This document shows, piece after piece, positions 1 through 9,318 of a stretch of DNA of 64,000 bases. The position numbers and the translations under genes were made by a program. Positions within the stretch are counted from its first letter, which is position 1. Each line of letters opens with the position of its first letter. The notes under the pieces were generated by a model that was given only the letters and a program-made list of their open reading frames with translations, ran no database searches and was not told where the DNA came from. The DNA comes from an uncultured Gammaproteobacteria bacterium. GTDB taxonomy: Bacteria > Patescibacteriota > Microgenomatia > Daviesbacterales > UBA10151. The DNA lies in contig CAZVEX010000001.1 in the NCBI GenBank assembly GCA_964625535.1, positions 64,295-128,294 on the forward strand, written 5' to 3'.

Positions 1-538
1 AGAAGCAACGTTTTTCTTAAAACAAAGAAAAGTTATTGTAGCCTTTGCGCTAATAGTTCTGGGCTTAATTTTTACTCCGATGCGATTAAAAGTTCCATTA
101 TTTTTCTTATGGACAATTTTTTTGGGGGGATTGTATATGAAATTATACCTGCCAAATACCAGAGAATATTCTGTTAATCAGGGAGAATTGGATGCTTTAA
201 TACGTCTAAAGTTAATGGATGGGAAAAAGATTGTGGTAATGAATAATGTTTGCCTGCAATGCTCCTGGCATACAAGAGTGATGCCAGCTGTTTTTGCCAA
301 TAAGAGAGATTATGTGAAAAAGATAACCGGAAAGGAAATAGTTTATAATCTTGATGTGTTTAATGCTAAAACAAGAGAAGAGGGGAGAAGTAACCTAAAA
401 AGTCTAAATGCCGATTATATTTATGTTGTGCGGTTTGAAGACTATGTGGAAAAAACACCCTTTTCTCCGGGAGACTTAAATATAGAAGAAATATACTCAA
501 ATGCTAATGCAGAAATTTGGAGGATAAGGAAAAATTGA
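1..538 (+). CDS. 5'-truncated CDS; C-terminal part of a membrane-anchored protein (TM segment then ~130-aa soluble domain), function unknown
   Basis: Frame of the 80..538 ORF remains open back to nt 2 (no in-frame stop), so the gene starts upstream of the window; region VLGLIFTPMRLKVPLFFLWTIFLGGLY is TM-like; no recognisable catalytic motif. Confidence 0.4.
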   Translation, partial: EATFFLKQRKVIVAFALIVLGLIFTPMRLKVPLFFLWTIFLGGLYMKLYLPNTREYSVNQGELDALIRLKLMDGKKIVVMNNVCLQCSWHTRVMPAVFANKRDYVKKITGKEIVYNLDVFNAKTREEGRSNLKSLNADYIYVVRFEDYVEKTPFSPGDLNIEEIYSNANAEIWRIRKN

Positions 539-1644
539 ATATCTTAATCTTTTCATGGAGAGGTCCGGGGCATCCCAATGTGGGAGGAGCAGAAAGCTCC
601 ACTCATGAACATGCCAAAGGTTGGGTTAGAGCTGGACATAATGTCACTCTTTTTACCTCCCATTACCAAGGTGCAAGGCGGGAAGAAAATGTAGACGGAG
701 TGACTATCTTAAGAGCCGGATCTCAAGTAATGGGGGTTCAGATTGAGGCATTAAAATGGTATCTTTTTTCATCCCACCGGAAATTTGATTTGGTAATAGA
801 TCAATTTCATGGTATACCCTTTTTTACACCCTTTTTTGTACGGGTTAAAAAATTAGCTTTTATTCATGAAGTGACAAAGGAAATATGGAAACTTAATCCC
901 TGGCCAAAACCCTGGTACTTTATTCCTGCCATCTTCGGAAGCTTATTGGAGCCTTTGATTTTTAGGTTTTTTTATAGCCGCATGCCCTTTATGACGGTTT
1001 CAGAATCTACCAAGAAAGATTTAATGTCCTGGGGGATTCCTGCAGAGAATGTGAAAATGATTCATAATGGGATAACAGTTCCCCATATAAAGATTCCTGC
1101 CAAGGAAAATAAAAAAACCTTAATTTATTTAGGAAGCTTAAGTAAAGATAAAGGGACAGAAGATGCATTGAAGGTTTTTTCTCTGCTAAAGAAAGAAGAC
1201 TTTCAGTTTTGGGTAGTGGGAAAATCAGATCCCCGATATTTAAAATTCTTAAAAAAGATGAGTCAAAAATTGGGAATTGATAAAAGAGTGAAGTTTTTTG
1301 GATTTGTTCCGGAGGTGAGAAAATATGAGTTGTTGGCCAGGGCACATCTTTTGATTAATCCTTCTATTCGGGAAGGATGGGGACTGGTGGTGATTGAGGC
1401 AGCCAGAATGGGGACTCCGACTGTTGCCTATAATGTGGCGGGTTTAAAAGATTCAGTAGTAGATGGAAAAACTGGCATTCTCTGTCAGCATAATTCTGTT
1501 TCAAATTTGGCAGAGGAAATTTTAAAGCTACTGGACAATGAAGAAAAATTGCAGGGGATGAGCAAACAGGCAATTGCCTGGAGTAAAAAATTTAGATGGC
1601 ATGAATCAGTAGCGAGGAGCCTTAAGTTGATTGACAAAGTGTAG
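517..1644 (+). CDS. GT4-family (GT-B fold) glycosyltransferase
   Basis: N-terminal GGAESSTHEHAKGW and C-terminal EGWGLVVIEAARMGTPTVAYNVAGLKDSVVDGKTG (E-x7-E retaining GT4 motif); alternative TTG start at 535 would overlap upstream stop as TTGA with GGAGG 12 nt upstream. Confidence 0.85.
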   Translation: MEDKEKLNILIFSWRGPGHPNVGGAESSTHEHAKGWVRAGHNVTLFTSHYQGARREENVDGVTILRAGSQVMGVQIEALKWYLFSSHRKFDLVIDQFHGIPFFTPFFVRVKKLAFIHEVTKEIWKLNPWPKPWYFIPAIFGSLLEPLIFRFFYSRMPFMTVSESTKKDLMSWGIPAENVKMIHNGITVPHIKIPAKENKKTLIYLGSLSKDKGTEDALKVFSLLKKEDFQFWVVGKSDPRYLKFLKKMSQKLGIDKRVKFFGFVPEVRKYELLARAHLLINPSIREGWGLVVIEAARMGTPTVAYNVAGLKDSVVDGKTGILCQHNSVSNLAEEILKLLDNEEKLQGMSKQAIAWSKKFRWHESVARSLKLIDKV

Positions 1645-1668
1645 GCATCTTTGCTATAAAATTACTTT

Positions 1669-2700
1669 ATGCCGCAAGATTATAATTTAAAGGGTAAGAG
1701 AATTTTAATTACCGGGGGCGCTTCTTTTATCGGGTCACACCTGATTGATCATCTTTTGCATAAAAAACCAAAAAGCATTAGGGTGGTCGATGATCTCTCG
1801 GCCGGTAAACAAGAAAATATTGCCGAACACATTAGATCCAAAGCCGTGGAATTTATTTTTGGCGATTTAAGAAAACAATCGGTGACCAGAAAAGCCGTCA
1901 AGAATATTGATTTAATTTTTCATTTGGCAGCGGATCATGGAGGAAGGGGATATGTTGATCTTCACCAATCGGGTCCGGCTTCCAATAATTTTTTATCCGG
2001 TTTAATATTTTGGGAAGCTCTAAATGCGGGAGCGGAGAAAATAGTTTATGCCTCATCAGGTTGCGTTTACCCTAATTACATCCAGAAAGATCCCAAAAAG
2101 ATGCTTTATTTAACCGAGGATATGGTGGGTCCGCCGTTTGATCCGGATAATGAGTACGGTTGGGAAAAGTTAACCAGCGAAAGAGTTCTTCGAGCATATT
2201 GCAAAGAAAGAGGTTTAAGAGCTGCCTCGTGTCGTTACTTTACTGTCTATGGTCCTAAAGGCAAGGAAGATCATGCGGTGATTGCCTTTATTGCCCGGGC
2301 CTTTATCGGCCAGAACCCTTTTGAGGTTTGGGGTAATGGTAAACAGGTTAGAAACTGGACATATGTTTCCGATATTGCCGAAGGAACAATTTTGGCGGCC
2401 GAAAAAATTCATGATGGTAGCGGCATCAATTTGGGGACCATGGAAAGGGTGACGGTGTTGGAGGCGGTTCAAGAAGTTCTAAGGTACACCGGGCATAAAG
2501 CCAAGATTAAACTGCTGAAAAATATGCCCACCGGACCAATGAATAGGGTGGCAGATAATAGCTTGGCCAAAAAACTTTTGGGTTGGGAGCCAAAAGTTAA
2601 ATTTCAAGAGGGACTGCATAAAACCATTGACTGGTACTTTGCCAATAAAACCAGAGAAGAAGTTAGCAAAAAGTTTGCACAAAAGCTAACGGAGAGATGA
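1669..2700 (+). CDS. NAD-dependent nucleotide-sugar epimerase/dehydratase (extended SDR; UDP-glucuronate decarboxylase/4-epimerase-like)
   Basis: ILITGGASFIGSHLIDHLL Rossmann GxxGxxG; YASSGCVYP; catalytic Y-x3-K in EYGWEKLTSE; 343 aa. Confidence 0.8.
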   Translation: MPQDYNLKGKRILITGGASFIGSHLIDHLLHKKPKSIRVVDDLSAGKQENIAEHIRSKAVEFIFGDLRKQSVTRKAVKNIDLIFHLAADHGGRGYVDLHQSGPASNNFLSGLIFWEALNAGAEKIVYASSGCVYPNYIQKDPKKMLYLTEDMVGPPFDPDNEYGWEKLTSERVLRAYCKERGLRAASCRYFTVYGPKGKEDHAVIAFIARAFIGQNPFEVWGNGKQVRNWTYVSDIAEGTILAAEKIHDGSGINLGTMERVTVLEAVQEVLRYTGHKAKIKLLKNMPTGPMNRVADNSLAKKLLGWEPKVKFQEGLHKTIDWYFANKTREEVSKKFAQKLTER

Positions 2701-3405
2701 GTATTCGGGCAAGTTGGAAAAATAAACTTTCCCGATAGCTTTTAAAACATTAATTCCATCCTGTAGTGCTCTTATACCTGAAGTTCCTCCTAGTCTTTTA
2801 GTGTAGGTAATTGGTAGTTGGACTAAATTCATGCCCATTCTGCAAGCTTTGGTGACAGTTTCGGCTTCGTATTCAAAATGTCTTTCTTTTAAATCAAGGG
2901 CCAAGAAAGCATTTTTCTTAAATCCTTTGAAACCGGCCATCACATCGGTAATCTTGCGGCCGCAGGCCACAGAGGTAGCAGCGGACATCACCCAGTTACC
3001 GAAGTAGTTTCGAAAACTGACAGAACCTTTTTCAATTTTACCTCCACCAAATCTGGTACCGATTACCACATCCGCTCCTTTATCTAGTGCCTCTACAAAA
3101 ACGGGAATTTCGTTGGGCTGGAATTGATGGTCAGTGTCAATTTGGATAATATAATCACCGCTTGCCAAAAGCCCCCCTGCCCAAAAATCAGCCCCTTTGC
3201 CTCTTTTAAAGGGAAAACGCAAAATTCTATCTACCTTCATTCTTTTGGCAATCTCGATGGTTTTGTCCTTGGAGGCGGCATCTACTACAATAATCTCTAT
3301 GGGAAAAAATTTCTTTAAGGCCTTGCAATCTTTAATGGTTCTGCCAATATTTTTTTCCTCGTTATAGGAGGTAAGAATAATGCTAACCAATTTTTTCTTT
3401 TTCAT
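2686..3405 (-). CDS. GT2 glycosyltransferase, DPM1/GtrB-like (polyprenyl-phosphate sugar synthase type)
   Basis: LVSIILTSYNEEKNIGRTIKDC ... IIVVDAASKDKT ... IQIDTDHQF (GT-A DxD region); 239 aa with no multi-TM tail; overlaps convergent upstream gene end by 15 bp. Confidence 0.7.
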   Translation of the reverse strand: MKKKKLVSIILTSYNEEKNIGRTIKDCKALKKFFPIEIIVVDAASKDKTIEIAKRMKVDRILRFPFKRGKGADFWAGGLLASGDYIIQIDTDHQFQPNEIPVFVEALDKGADVVIGTRFGGGKIEKGSVSFRNYFGNWVMSAATSVACGRKITDVMAGFKGFKKNAFLALDLKERHFEYEAETVTKACRMGMNLVQLPITYTKRLGGTSGIRALQDGINVLKAIGKVYFSNLPEYSSLR

Positions 3406-3473
3406 AACAATTTTGGCAGAGTCTAGCTTATCTTATAGCCTTGCCTCTGTCAATATTTGAAAATTTTATTCTA

Positions 3474-3496
3474 TGAGATTATATATGAGATTATAA
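3474..3496. repeat. Tandem direct repeat ATGAGATTATA x2
   Basis: ctATGAGATTATAtATGAGATTATAat seen directly; overlaps a TATAAT box. Confidence 0.6.
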
Positions 3497-3610
3497 TAGT
3501 TGGTTACGAGAGAGCGAAGAGATTTAGATTAATAACAGCTTTATCGGCAGTTCACGATTTTGAGGAAGCGCTTGATCGTGTAAGTTTTGCCTACAAAAAT
3601 TTAGCTAATT

Positions 3611-3632
3611 AGATTTAGTTTAGATTTAGTTG
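3611..3632. repeat. Tandem AGATTTAGTT x2 (third AGATTTAG copy at 3520-3527)
   Basis: ttAGATTTAGTTtAGATTTAGTTg seen directly ~45 bp upstream of ATG 3674. Confidence 0.6.
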
Positions 3633-3673
3633 TTGATTTCTAACAGAATTTTATAGTAGGATCATTTAGTTTT

Positions 3674-5002
3674 ATGGATGATAAAAAAATTGCTATTTTT
3701 GGGGTAGGAAGAGTGGGACTTCCTTTAGCTTTGGTTTTGGCAGATAAAGGATTTGCTGTTACAGGTATTGATGTTGATCCTTACAGAATAAATCTGTTAC
3801 AACATAAAATAATGCCCTTTTTGGAAGAGGGCGCAGAGCCGCTTCTAGAAAAACACGCGGGGGGAAATTTTCAAGTTTTTTCGGAGGAACATATTGATAG
3901 GATAGTAGCCGAAAATGCGGTCATTATTTTTACTTTAGGTACGCCGATTGACGATACATACAGTCCCAATTTTTCCGACATTGAAACATTAATCAGAAGA
4001 ATTGCGCCGGTTATCAAATCCGGACATACTATTATTTTGCGAAGTACGGTTTCTCCCGGCGCCACAGCGCAGCTGGCCAGACAACTGGAAGAACAAACAA
4101 AACTAATTTTGGGTAAGACCTTATTTTTAGCGTATTGTCCCGAGCGGATTGCAGAAGGCAAGTCTGTAGAAGAATTGGGTCAAATACCGCAAATTATTGG
4201 CAGTTTGGAAGAGGCAAGCGCCAAAAAAGCGGCAAATATTTTTGAAAAGATTGCCCCCAAAATTTTATTTACCAACACCAGATCTGCAGAACTGGCCAAG
4301 TTATTTTGCAATATGTACCGCTACATAGATTTTGCTATAGGCAATGAATTTATGATGATTGCGGAAAGTTACGGATGCGATATTTACGAGGTTTTAAATT
4401 TAGTCAATCGTGATTATAAAAGGGCAGGGTTAAAATCACCGGGGTTAACAGCTGGTCCCTGTCTGGTGAAAGACGGTTTCTTTTTGATAGATAAAAGTCC
4501 TTACATGGAATTGGTGACAGCGGCGTGGAGATTAAACGAGAATATTCCCGGGTATCTACTATCCAGAATAAAGGAACAAGTTGGGGATTTAACTAAAAAA
4601 AAGGTGGCCATTTTGGGACTGGCTTTTAAGAAAAACATAGATGATACCCGCTATTCGCTATCCCCAAAACTGCAAAGATATTTTCTGGCAGAGGGTGCCC
4701 AAGTTTCTACCCATGATCCTTTTATTGATTCCCAGCCGATTGAGGATGCTCTGTTAGGCGCTCAAGTTTTAATTATTGGAGTAAATCACGATGTGTTTAA
4801 AAATATAACTTTTGAATATCTTGCAAAGTTTATCTCTGCCGACTGTATTATTGCCGACATCTGGAATCTTTTTGCAACCGGCAAGATCCTTTTTTCTTTT
4901 AAGGATGTTTTAAAAAAGAGCAAGAGCGAAATCAAACCCAACGGAGAGATGAAAGCCTATGAAAAAAACAAGCGCTTGGAACGGAGAAGAGTATCGGCGT
5001 GA
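3674..5002 (+). CDS. Nucleotide-sugar 6-dehydrogenase (UDP-glucose/GDP-mannose dehydrogenase family; WbpA/WecC/TviB-like)
   Basis: N-terminal KIAIFGVGRVGLPLALVLADKGFAVTGIDVD NAD fold; catalytic-cysteine motif TAGPCLVKDGF; C-terminal UDP-binding domain KVAILGLAFKKNIDDTR. Confidence 0.85.
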   Translation: MDDKKIAIFGVGRVGLPLALVLADKGFAVTGIDVDPYRINLLQHKIMPFLEEGAEPLLEKHAGGNFQVFSEEHIDRIVAENAVIIFTLGTPIDDTYSPNFSDIETLIRRIAPVIKSGHTIILRSTVSPGATAQLARQLEEQTKLILGKTLFLAYCPERIAEGKSVEELGQIPQIIGSLEEASAKKAANIFEKIAPKILFTNTRSAELAKLFCNMYRYIDFAIGNEFMMIAESYGCDIYEVLNLVNRDYKRAGLKSPGLTAGPCLVKDGFFLIDKSPYMELVTAAWRLNENIPGYLLSRIKEQVGDLTKKKVAILGLAFKKNIDDTRYSLSPKLQRYFLAEGAQVSTHDPFIDSQPIEDALLGAQVLIIGVNHDVFKNITFEYLAKFISADCIIADIWNLFATGKILFSFKDVLKKSKSEIKPNGEMKAYEKNKRLERRRVSA

Positions 5003-5952
5003 AAACAAAAGTGCTAGTCACAGGTGGAGCGGGATTTATTGGTAGTGAGGTAGTTCGGCAATTGTTTGAAAAAGGTTATAAAGTCAGAGTGGCAGATGAT
5101 TTATCCAAATTAGAAGCTAAAATCCCTAAAGGTAGCGAGTTTTTAAGAGTGGATTTGACTAATAAAAAGGCGGCAGCGCGCGCCATGGATGGGGTGGATT
5201 ATTGCATACATCTGGCTGCCAAAATTGGAGGAATAGGATATTTTCATAAATACCCGGCCACAATTTTATCCGAAAATAATAAAATGTATTCCTCTGTTTT
5301 CGAGGCGGCGGTTCTGAAAAAGATTAAGCGCATAGTTTACCTTTCTTCTTCTATGGTTTTTGAATCAACAGATAAATTTCCGAGCAGAGAGCAGGATTTA
5401 GGGGAAATCCCACCCCCGGTTTCGGCTTACGGATTTTCCAAACTGGCAGGAGAATGGTATTGCCGGGCGTTTCATGACGAGTTCGGCTTAAACTATACAA
5501 TCATCAGGCCCTTTAATGCTTACGGTATCAATGAAGCTCCGGGTGATGAAGTTGGATACGCGCATGTTATTCCGGATTTAATAAAAAAGATTTTATCCGG
5601 TCAATACCCCCTTGAGCTTTTGGGAAACGGTAAACAAACCAGGTGTTTTACTCATGTTTCTGATATAGCAAGAGGAATTATCTTGGCCATGGAATCTAAA
5701 AAAGCGGAGAACGAGGATTTCAATATTGGTTCCGAAAAAGAAATGACAATGCTTCAACTGGCAAAACTACTTTGGGAAAAATGCCAGGTAAAAAAACCTT
5801 TCAAAGCAAAATTTGTTACCGGTTTTAAATATGACATAAAGAAAAGAGTGCCTTTATCAAAAAAAGCAAGGAAAGTTTTAGGTTGGAAGCAGGAGAAGAA
5901 ATTAACGGAAGAATTGCCAAAAGTGATAGAATGGGTGAGAGGTCAAATATGA
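4999..5952 (+). CDS. NAD-dependent nucleotide-sugar epimerase/dehydratase (extended SDR)
   Basis: VLVTGGAGFIGSEVVRQL; Y-x3-K in YGFSKLAGE; 4-bp ATGA-type overlap with the upstream dehydrogenase (operon). Confidence 0.8.
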   Translation: MKTKVLVTGGAGFIGSEVVRQLFEKGYKVRVADDLSKLEAKIPKGSEFLRVDLTNKKAAARAMDGVDYCIHLAAKIGGIGYFHKYPATILSENNKMYSSVFEAAVLKKIKRIVYLSSSMVFESTDKFPSREQDLGEIPPPVSAYGFSKLAGEWYCRAFHDEFGLNYTIIRPFNAYGINEAPGDEVGYAHVIPDLIKKILSGQYPLELLGNGKQTRCFTHVSDIARGIILAMESKKAENEDFNIGSEKEMTMLQLAKLLWEKCQVKKPFKAKFVTGFKYDIKKRVPLSKKARKVLGWKQEKKLTEELPKVIEWVRGQI

Positions 5953-6431
5953 TTTTTAAAATAATAGTCTTATCTCTTATTATTTCCCTTGTTATGAGCG
6001 GTACCGCTTATGCAACAGAGGAGTTAAATCTGCCGGATACCAAAATTACTCCCGGATCGTTTTATTATCCCTTTAAAAGGATATGGGAAAAGGGTTGGGA
6101 AAAACTGCAGTTTAGCAGTGCCTCGAAAATTGCATTTTATAATTCGCAACTGAAGACAAGGCTTTCCGAGCTAAATTATGTTGTAGAGAAAAAACTTTTA
6201 TCCGAAGTGCAGAGATCAACTGAAAGATTTGCCTATCAGGCGGGAATTTTGACAGAAGAGACAATCAAGCAAAACAAGGCTGTTGATAAAGAAAATTTAA
6301 TCAAGGAATTTGAAAAGTTTAAACCATTTTTAGATAGTCTGCGGGATAAATATGAAGCAAATTCCAGTTTTTGGATGCTGATCCAGCATGATATTAATAC
6401 TTTAGGAATACTTTCAGAAAAGCTTAAATAA
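5949..6431 (+). CDS. Small secreted/exported protein of unknown function (signal peptide)
   Basis: Start chosen at ATG 5949 (ATGA overlap with upstream stop) giving MIFKIIVLSLIISLVMSGTAYA-TEE, a classic signal peptide with AYA cleavage site; remainder hydrophilic, K/E-rich. Confidence 0.5.
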   Translation: MIFKIIVLSLIISLVMSGTAYATEELNLPDTKITPGSFYYPFKRIWEKGWEKLQFSSASKIAFYNSQLKTRLSELNYVVEKKLLSEVQRSTERFAYQAGILTEETIKQNKAVDKENLIKEFEKFKPFLDSLRDKYEANSSFWMLIQHDINTLGILSEKLK

Positions 6432-6434
6432 CTT

Positions 6435-7142
6435 CTATCTAATAAATCTTTCTCGCCCAATTGGTCCAAGAAGTAAACTACCGCTATCTCTTGCCGTCAA
6501 ATAAGCAAATAATTGATCAAAAGTTGCTAATTTGTCTGTAGGGTCAGCAGTTTCTTGGTAGCTTAAAACTCTTTCTCGTTCGGCTTTTATATGCTGGTAG
6601 TGAGGTAGTAATTCAATGCTTTGGCTTCCATAAACTGGCTCATGCCATGCGGTAGAACTAGGAGCTGCATTATATACTCTCATCATATATCCTTTCTGCT
6701 TCATAACTTCCACCATTCCTAACATAAATCTCACTAATCTCTGGGGTTGCCCTAAATTAACAGCTGTCACTAACCCTAATTCCTTACATAACTCTAAAAA
6801 GGCATCATTTTCTTGTCGAGTATGAAATGCTTCCTTTCCATGAATAATGCAATTTTTTGGAATGTGTTGTTGTATTAAGTTGTCCATGCAGTCATTTATT
6901 CCCGGATTTGCCTCGCCAGGAATACTTCCCCCAAATCTTCTGCCATCATTATTTGTTATGGCAACTAATCTGACCAATCCTGCATGAAACAATTCCCCAG
7001 CTAATGAATAAAGTCCTGAATAATTTCTATGGGCATGATTGTAAAAAAGCATTACATCAACCTCTTCTGTAGGCCGGTCACTTAAAAGCATTGTTCTTGC
7101 ATCATCAAGCTGTTGGTATTTGTTTAAATTTTCTGTATGCAT
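6435..7142 (-). CDS. DUF218 (YdcF/SanA/ElyC-like) domain protein, tentative
   Basis: Pattern VDVMLFYN ... LVAITNNDG ... IPGEANPG ... IPKNCIIHGKEAFHTRQENDAF resembles the DUF218 core (SGG...EA...GIP...E..S.NT.ENA); gene looks GC-richer than neighbours by eye. Confidence 0.35.
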   Translation of the reverse strand: MHTENLNKYQQLDDARTMLLSDRPTEEVDVMLFYNHAHRNYSGLYSLAGELFHAGLVRLVAITNNDGRRFGGSIPGEANPGINDCMDNLIQQHIPKNCIIHGKEAFHTRQENDAFLELCKELGLVTAVNLGQPQRLVRFMLGMVEVMKQKGYMMRVYNAAPSSTAWHEPVYGSQSIELLPHYQHIKAERERVLSYQETADPTDKLATFDQLFAYLTARDSGSLLLGPIGRERFIR

Positions 7143-7153
7143 GATGATTAATT

Positions 7154-7195
7154 ATATCGCTATAGGATTTTAGTTTCAACTATTGAAATAGCGAT
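7154..7195. promoter_or_regulatory. Inverted repeat ATCGCTAT ... ATAGCGAT in 69-bp divergent intergenic region
   Basis: 8-bp perfect inverted repeat arms at 7156-7163 and 7188-7195 separated by ~24 bp. Confidence 0.3.
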
Positions 7196-7211
7196 TATCT
7201 CAAAGTAGAAT

Positions 7212-8459
7212 ATGCCAGTGAATAAAAAAGAGGTTATTAAGCTAGAAGTTTGCCGGGTGTGTGAAAGTAGAAATTTATTATTATTTCTTCAACTCGGGCC
7301 TACCCCTGTACCAAATGGATTTTTAAAAGCCCATCACCGTCACCGTGCAGAAAAATTCTATCCTCTGGATGTTTGTTTTTGCAAAAACTGCGGATTGGTA
7401 CAGTTGGCCCATGTAGTATCCCCTAAAGTTATGTTTAAAAATTATGTCTATATTCCTTCAACTTCCGAGACCATGCTTACTCATTTTGCTGCTTTAGCAA
7501 GGCAAGCAATTAAAAAATTAAATACTGAAGAGGGGGATCTGGTTTTGGATATCGGTTCAAACGATGGCACGCTTCTTAATTCCTTTAAAGCGCAAAAAAT
7601 GAGGATATTGGGGGTTGATCCTGCAGAGAACTTGGCCAAAAAAGCTAATCAGGACGGAGTTCAAACTATTTGCGCATTATTTACTAAAGAACTGGCTAAA
7701 GAAATACGTAAAAAAAATAAAGAAGCTAAAATTATTACTGCTACGAATGTGGTAGCTCATGTACATGATTTGGATAATTTCCTGGAAGGAATAAAAATTT
7801 TACTTTCAGATGATGGATTATTTATAAGTGAATTTCCCTATCTTCTAGATCTTCTTGAAAAGGTTGAGTTCGATACCATTTACCAGGAACATCTATCATA
7901 CTTTTCAATTTATCCCTTTGAAAAACTTCTTGTAAAACATGGCCTAACTTTAATTGATGTGCAAAGGGTTCCTGTCCATGGTGGTTCGGTGAGAGTATTT
8001 GTTAGCAAAAAACCCAGCAGTGTTAGCAGAAGAGTTAAAAAAATATTGCAACTTGAGAAAAAACGAGAGATCTTAAGTTCCCAGACATATTTAAAATTTA
8101 GGAAACAAGTGGATAGGGTAAGGCATGAATTAGTACAGCTTCTTTGGGGTCTGCGACTAAAAAATAAAAAGATTGTGGGTTACGGGGCATCCGCCAAAGG
8201 AAATATCATACTAAATTATTGCCGGATTGGTCCGGAAACGCTGGATTATATAGTGGACTCCATACCGTACAAGCAGGGAAAATATACCCCGGGGATGCAT
8301 ATTCCAATATATCCGGAGGCCAAGTTGTTGGAAGATATGCCGGATTATACGCTGCTTTTGGCATGGAATTTTGCAGACGAGATTATCAAAAAACAAGCCG
8401 AGTATCGCAAAAAGGGGGGAAAATTTATTCTGGCTATTCCAAAACTCGCAATTGTTTAG
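7212..8459 (+). CDS. SAM-dependent methyltransferase with N-terminal zinc ribbon and C-methyltransferase-type C-terminal domain (NDP-hexose C-methyltransferase/TylCIII-like architecture)
   Basis: CRVCES ... CKNCGLVQ Cys4 ribbon; SAM motif I LVLDIGSNDGTLL; long C-terminal domain typical of the sugar C-methyltransferase family. Confidence 0.65.
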   Translation: MPVNKKEVIKLEVCRVCESRNLLLFLQLGPTPVPNGFLKAHHRHRAEKFYPLDVCFCKNCGLVQLAHVVSPKVMFKNYVYIPSTSETMLTHFAALARQAIKKLNTEEGDLVLDIGSNDGTLLNSFKAQKMRILGVDPAENLAKKANQDGVQTICALFTKELAKEIRKKNKEAKIITATNVVAHVHDLDNFLEGIKILLSDDGLFISEFPYLLDLLEKVEFDTIYQEHLSYFSIYPFEKLLVKHGLTLIDVQRVPVHGGSVRVFVSKKPSSVSRRVKKILQLEKKREILSSQTYLKFRKQVDRVRHELVQLLWGLRLKNKKIVGYGASAKGNIILNYCRIGPETLDYIVDSIPYKQGKYTPGMHIPIYPEAKLLEDMPDYTLLLAWNFADEIIKKQAEYRKKGGKFILAIPKLAIV

Positions 8460-9318
8460 CCAGAATTTCAACAGTTTCCTCCCATTTTAAAAATTTTAAA
8501 TTAAGTATTTTTTGCGTTTTTTCCACTTTAAGTCCGCCGTATTGAGGGTATCTAATAGGACTATCTTTTAGAAAACCTTCAATGCTAATTGGTTTTACAG
8601 CATTTTTAATGCCTCTTGCTTTTTCTATTAGATAATTTGCTAATTTATAGGGAGTGAAAATATTAACGCTGGAAGTATGAAAAATTCCGGTTGATCTTTT
8701 TGCCAAAAGAGCTTTCAAAGTTTCCGTAACCTCATTAATATAAGTGAGTGTTAAATACTGATCGTTAAACATAGGATAAAGTTTTCCCGTATCGTAAAGC
8801 TTAAGAATTTTGCGGACATAATCCATTTTTGGGGCATATTTGGCTCTTGAGGGATTGGAAATTCGCAAAATTGAGGCATTTTTTAAATTATTCATGACCA
8901 GTTTTTCCGCTTCTTTTTTAGTCCAGCCATACCATGATAGAAAATCGGGGTTTTCTTCCGGTGAATCGTCTTCTGAATATGGTCCCGGATTTTCCTTTCT
9001 TCCGGAAAAAACTACATCTGTAGAAATAGAAATAAAATAAGTATCGGGATGTACTGCTCGAATCAGATTAGCGGTTCCTTCTACATTTACGATCCAACAG
9101 GGAGCATTTTTGTTGTTCCGTTGCTCCTCCGCCGCTGTTACATCCGTAAAAGCGGCAAAATGGATGATCACTTCCGGGGTATGCAATTTGAAAAAAATTT
9201 CTATTGATTTTTTATCGGTAATATCTAATTCGTTTACGGTGGGAGATAAGACATCTGGATAATTCTCAATGAAATGAGAACCAACTAAACCATTGCCGCC
9301 GGTGACTAATATTTTCAT
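8434..9318 (-). CDS. RmlD-like NAD(P)H-dependent nucleotide-4-keto-sugar reductase (dTDP-4-dehydrorhamnose reductase family)
   Basis: MKILVTGGNGLVGSHFIE; Y-x3-K in YGWTKKEAE; 294 aa; 4-nt overlap with downstream GT2 on same strand. Confidence 0.7.
   Translation of the reverse strand: MKILVTGGNGLVGSHFIENYPDVLSPTVNELDITDKKSIEIFFKLHTPEVIIHFAAFTDVTAAEEQRNNKNAPCWIVNVEGTANLIRAVHPDTYFISISTDVVFSGRKENPGPYSEDDSPEENPDFLSWYGWTKKEAEKLVMNNLKNASILRISNPSRAKYAPKMDYVRKILKLYDTGKLYPMFNDQYLTLTYINEVTETLKALLAKRSTGIFHTSSVNIFTPYKLANYLIEKARGIKNAVKPISIEGFLKDSPIRYPQYGGLKVEKTQKILNLKFLKWEETVEILAKQLRVLE

Larger units (their letters stand above)
3406..3673. promoter_or_regulatory. Largest intergenic region; divergent promoter/regulatory region between the GT2 gene (-) and the dehydrogenase operon (+)
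   Basis: 268 bp non-coding, AT-rich, TATAAT at 3492-3497, AGGA 13 nt before ATG 3674, short direct repeats (see repeat features). Confidence 0.45.

Noticed and set aside
1007-1573. Minus-strand ORFs 1007..1345 and 1364..1573 inside the GT4 gene
   Set aside because: Shadow ORFs antisense to a well-supported GT4 CDS; low-complexity translations with no motifs.
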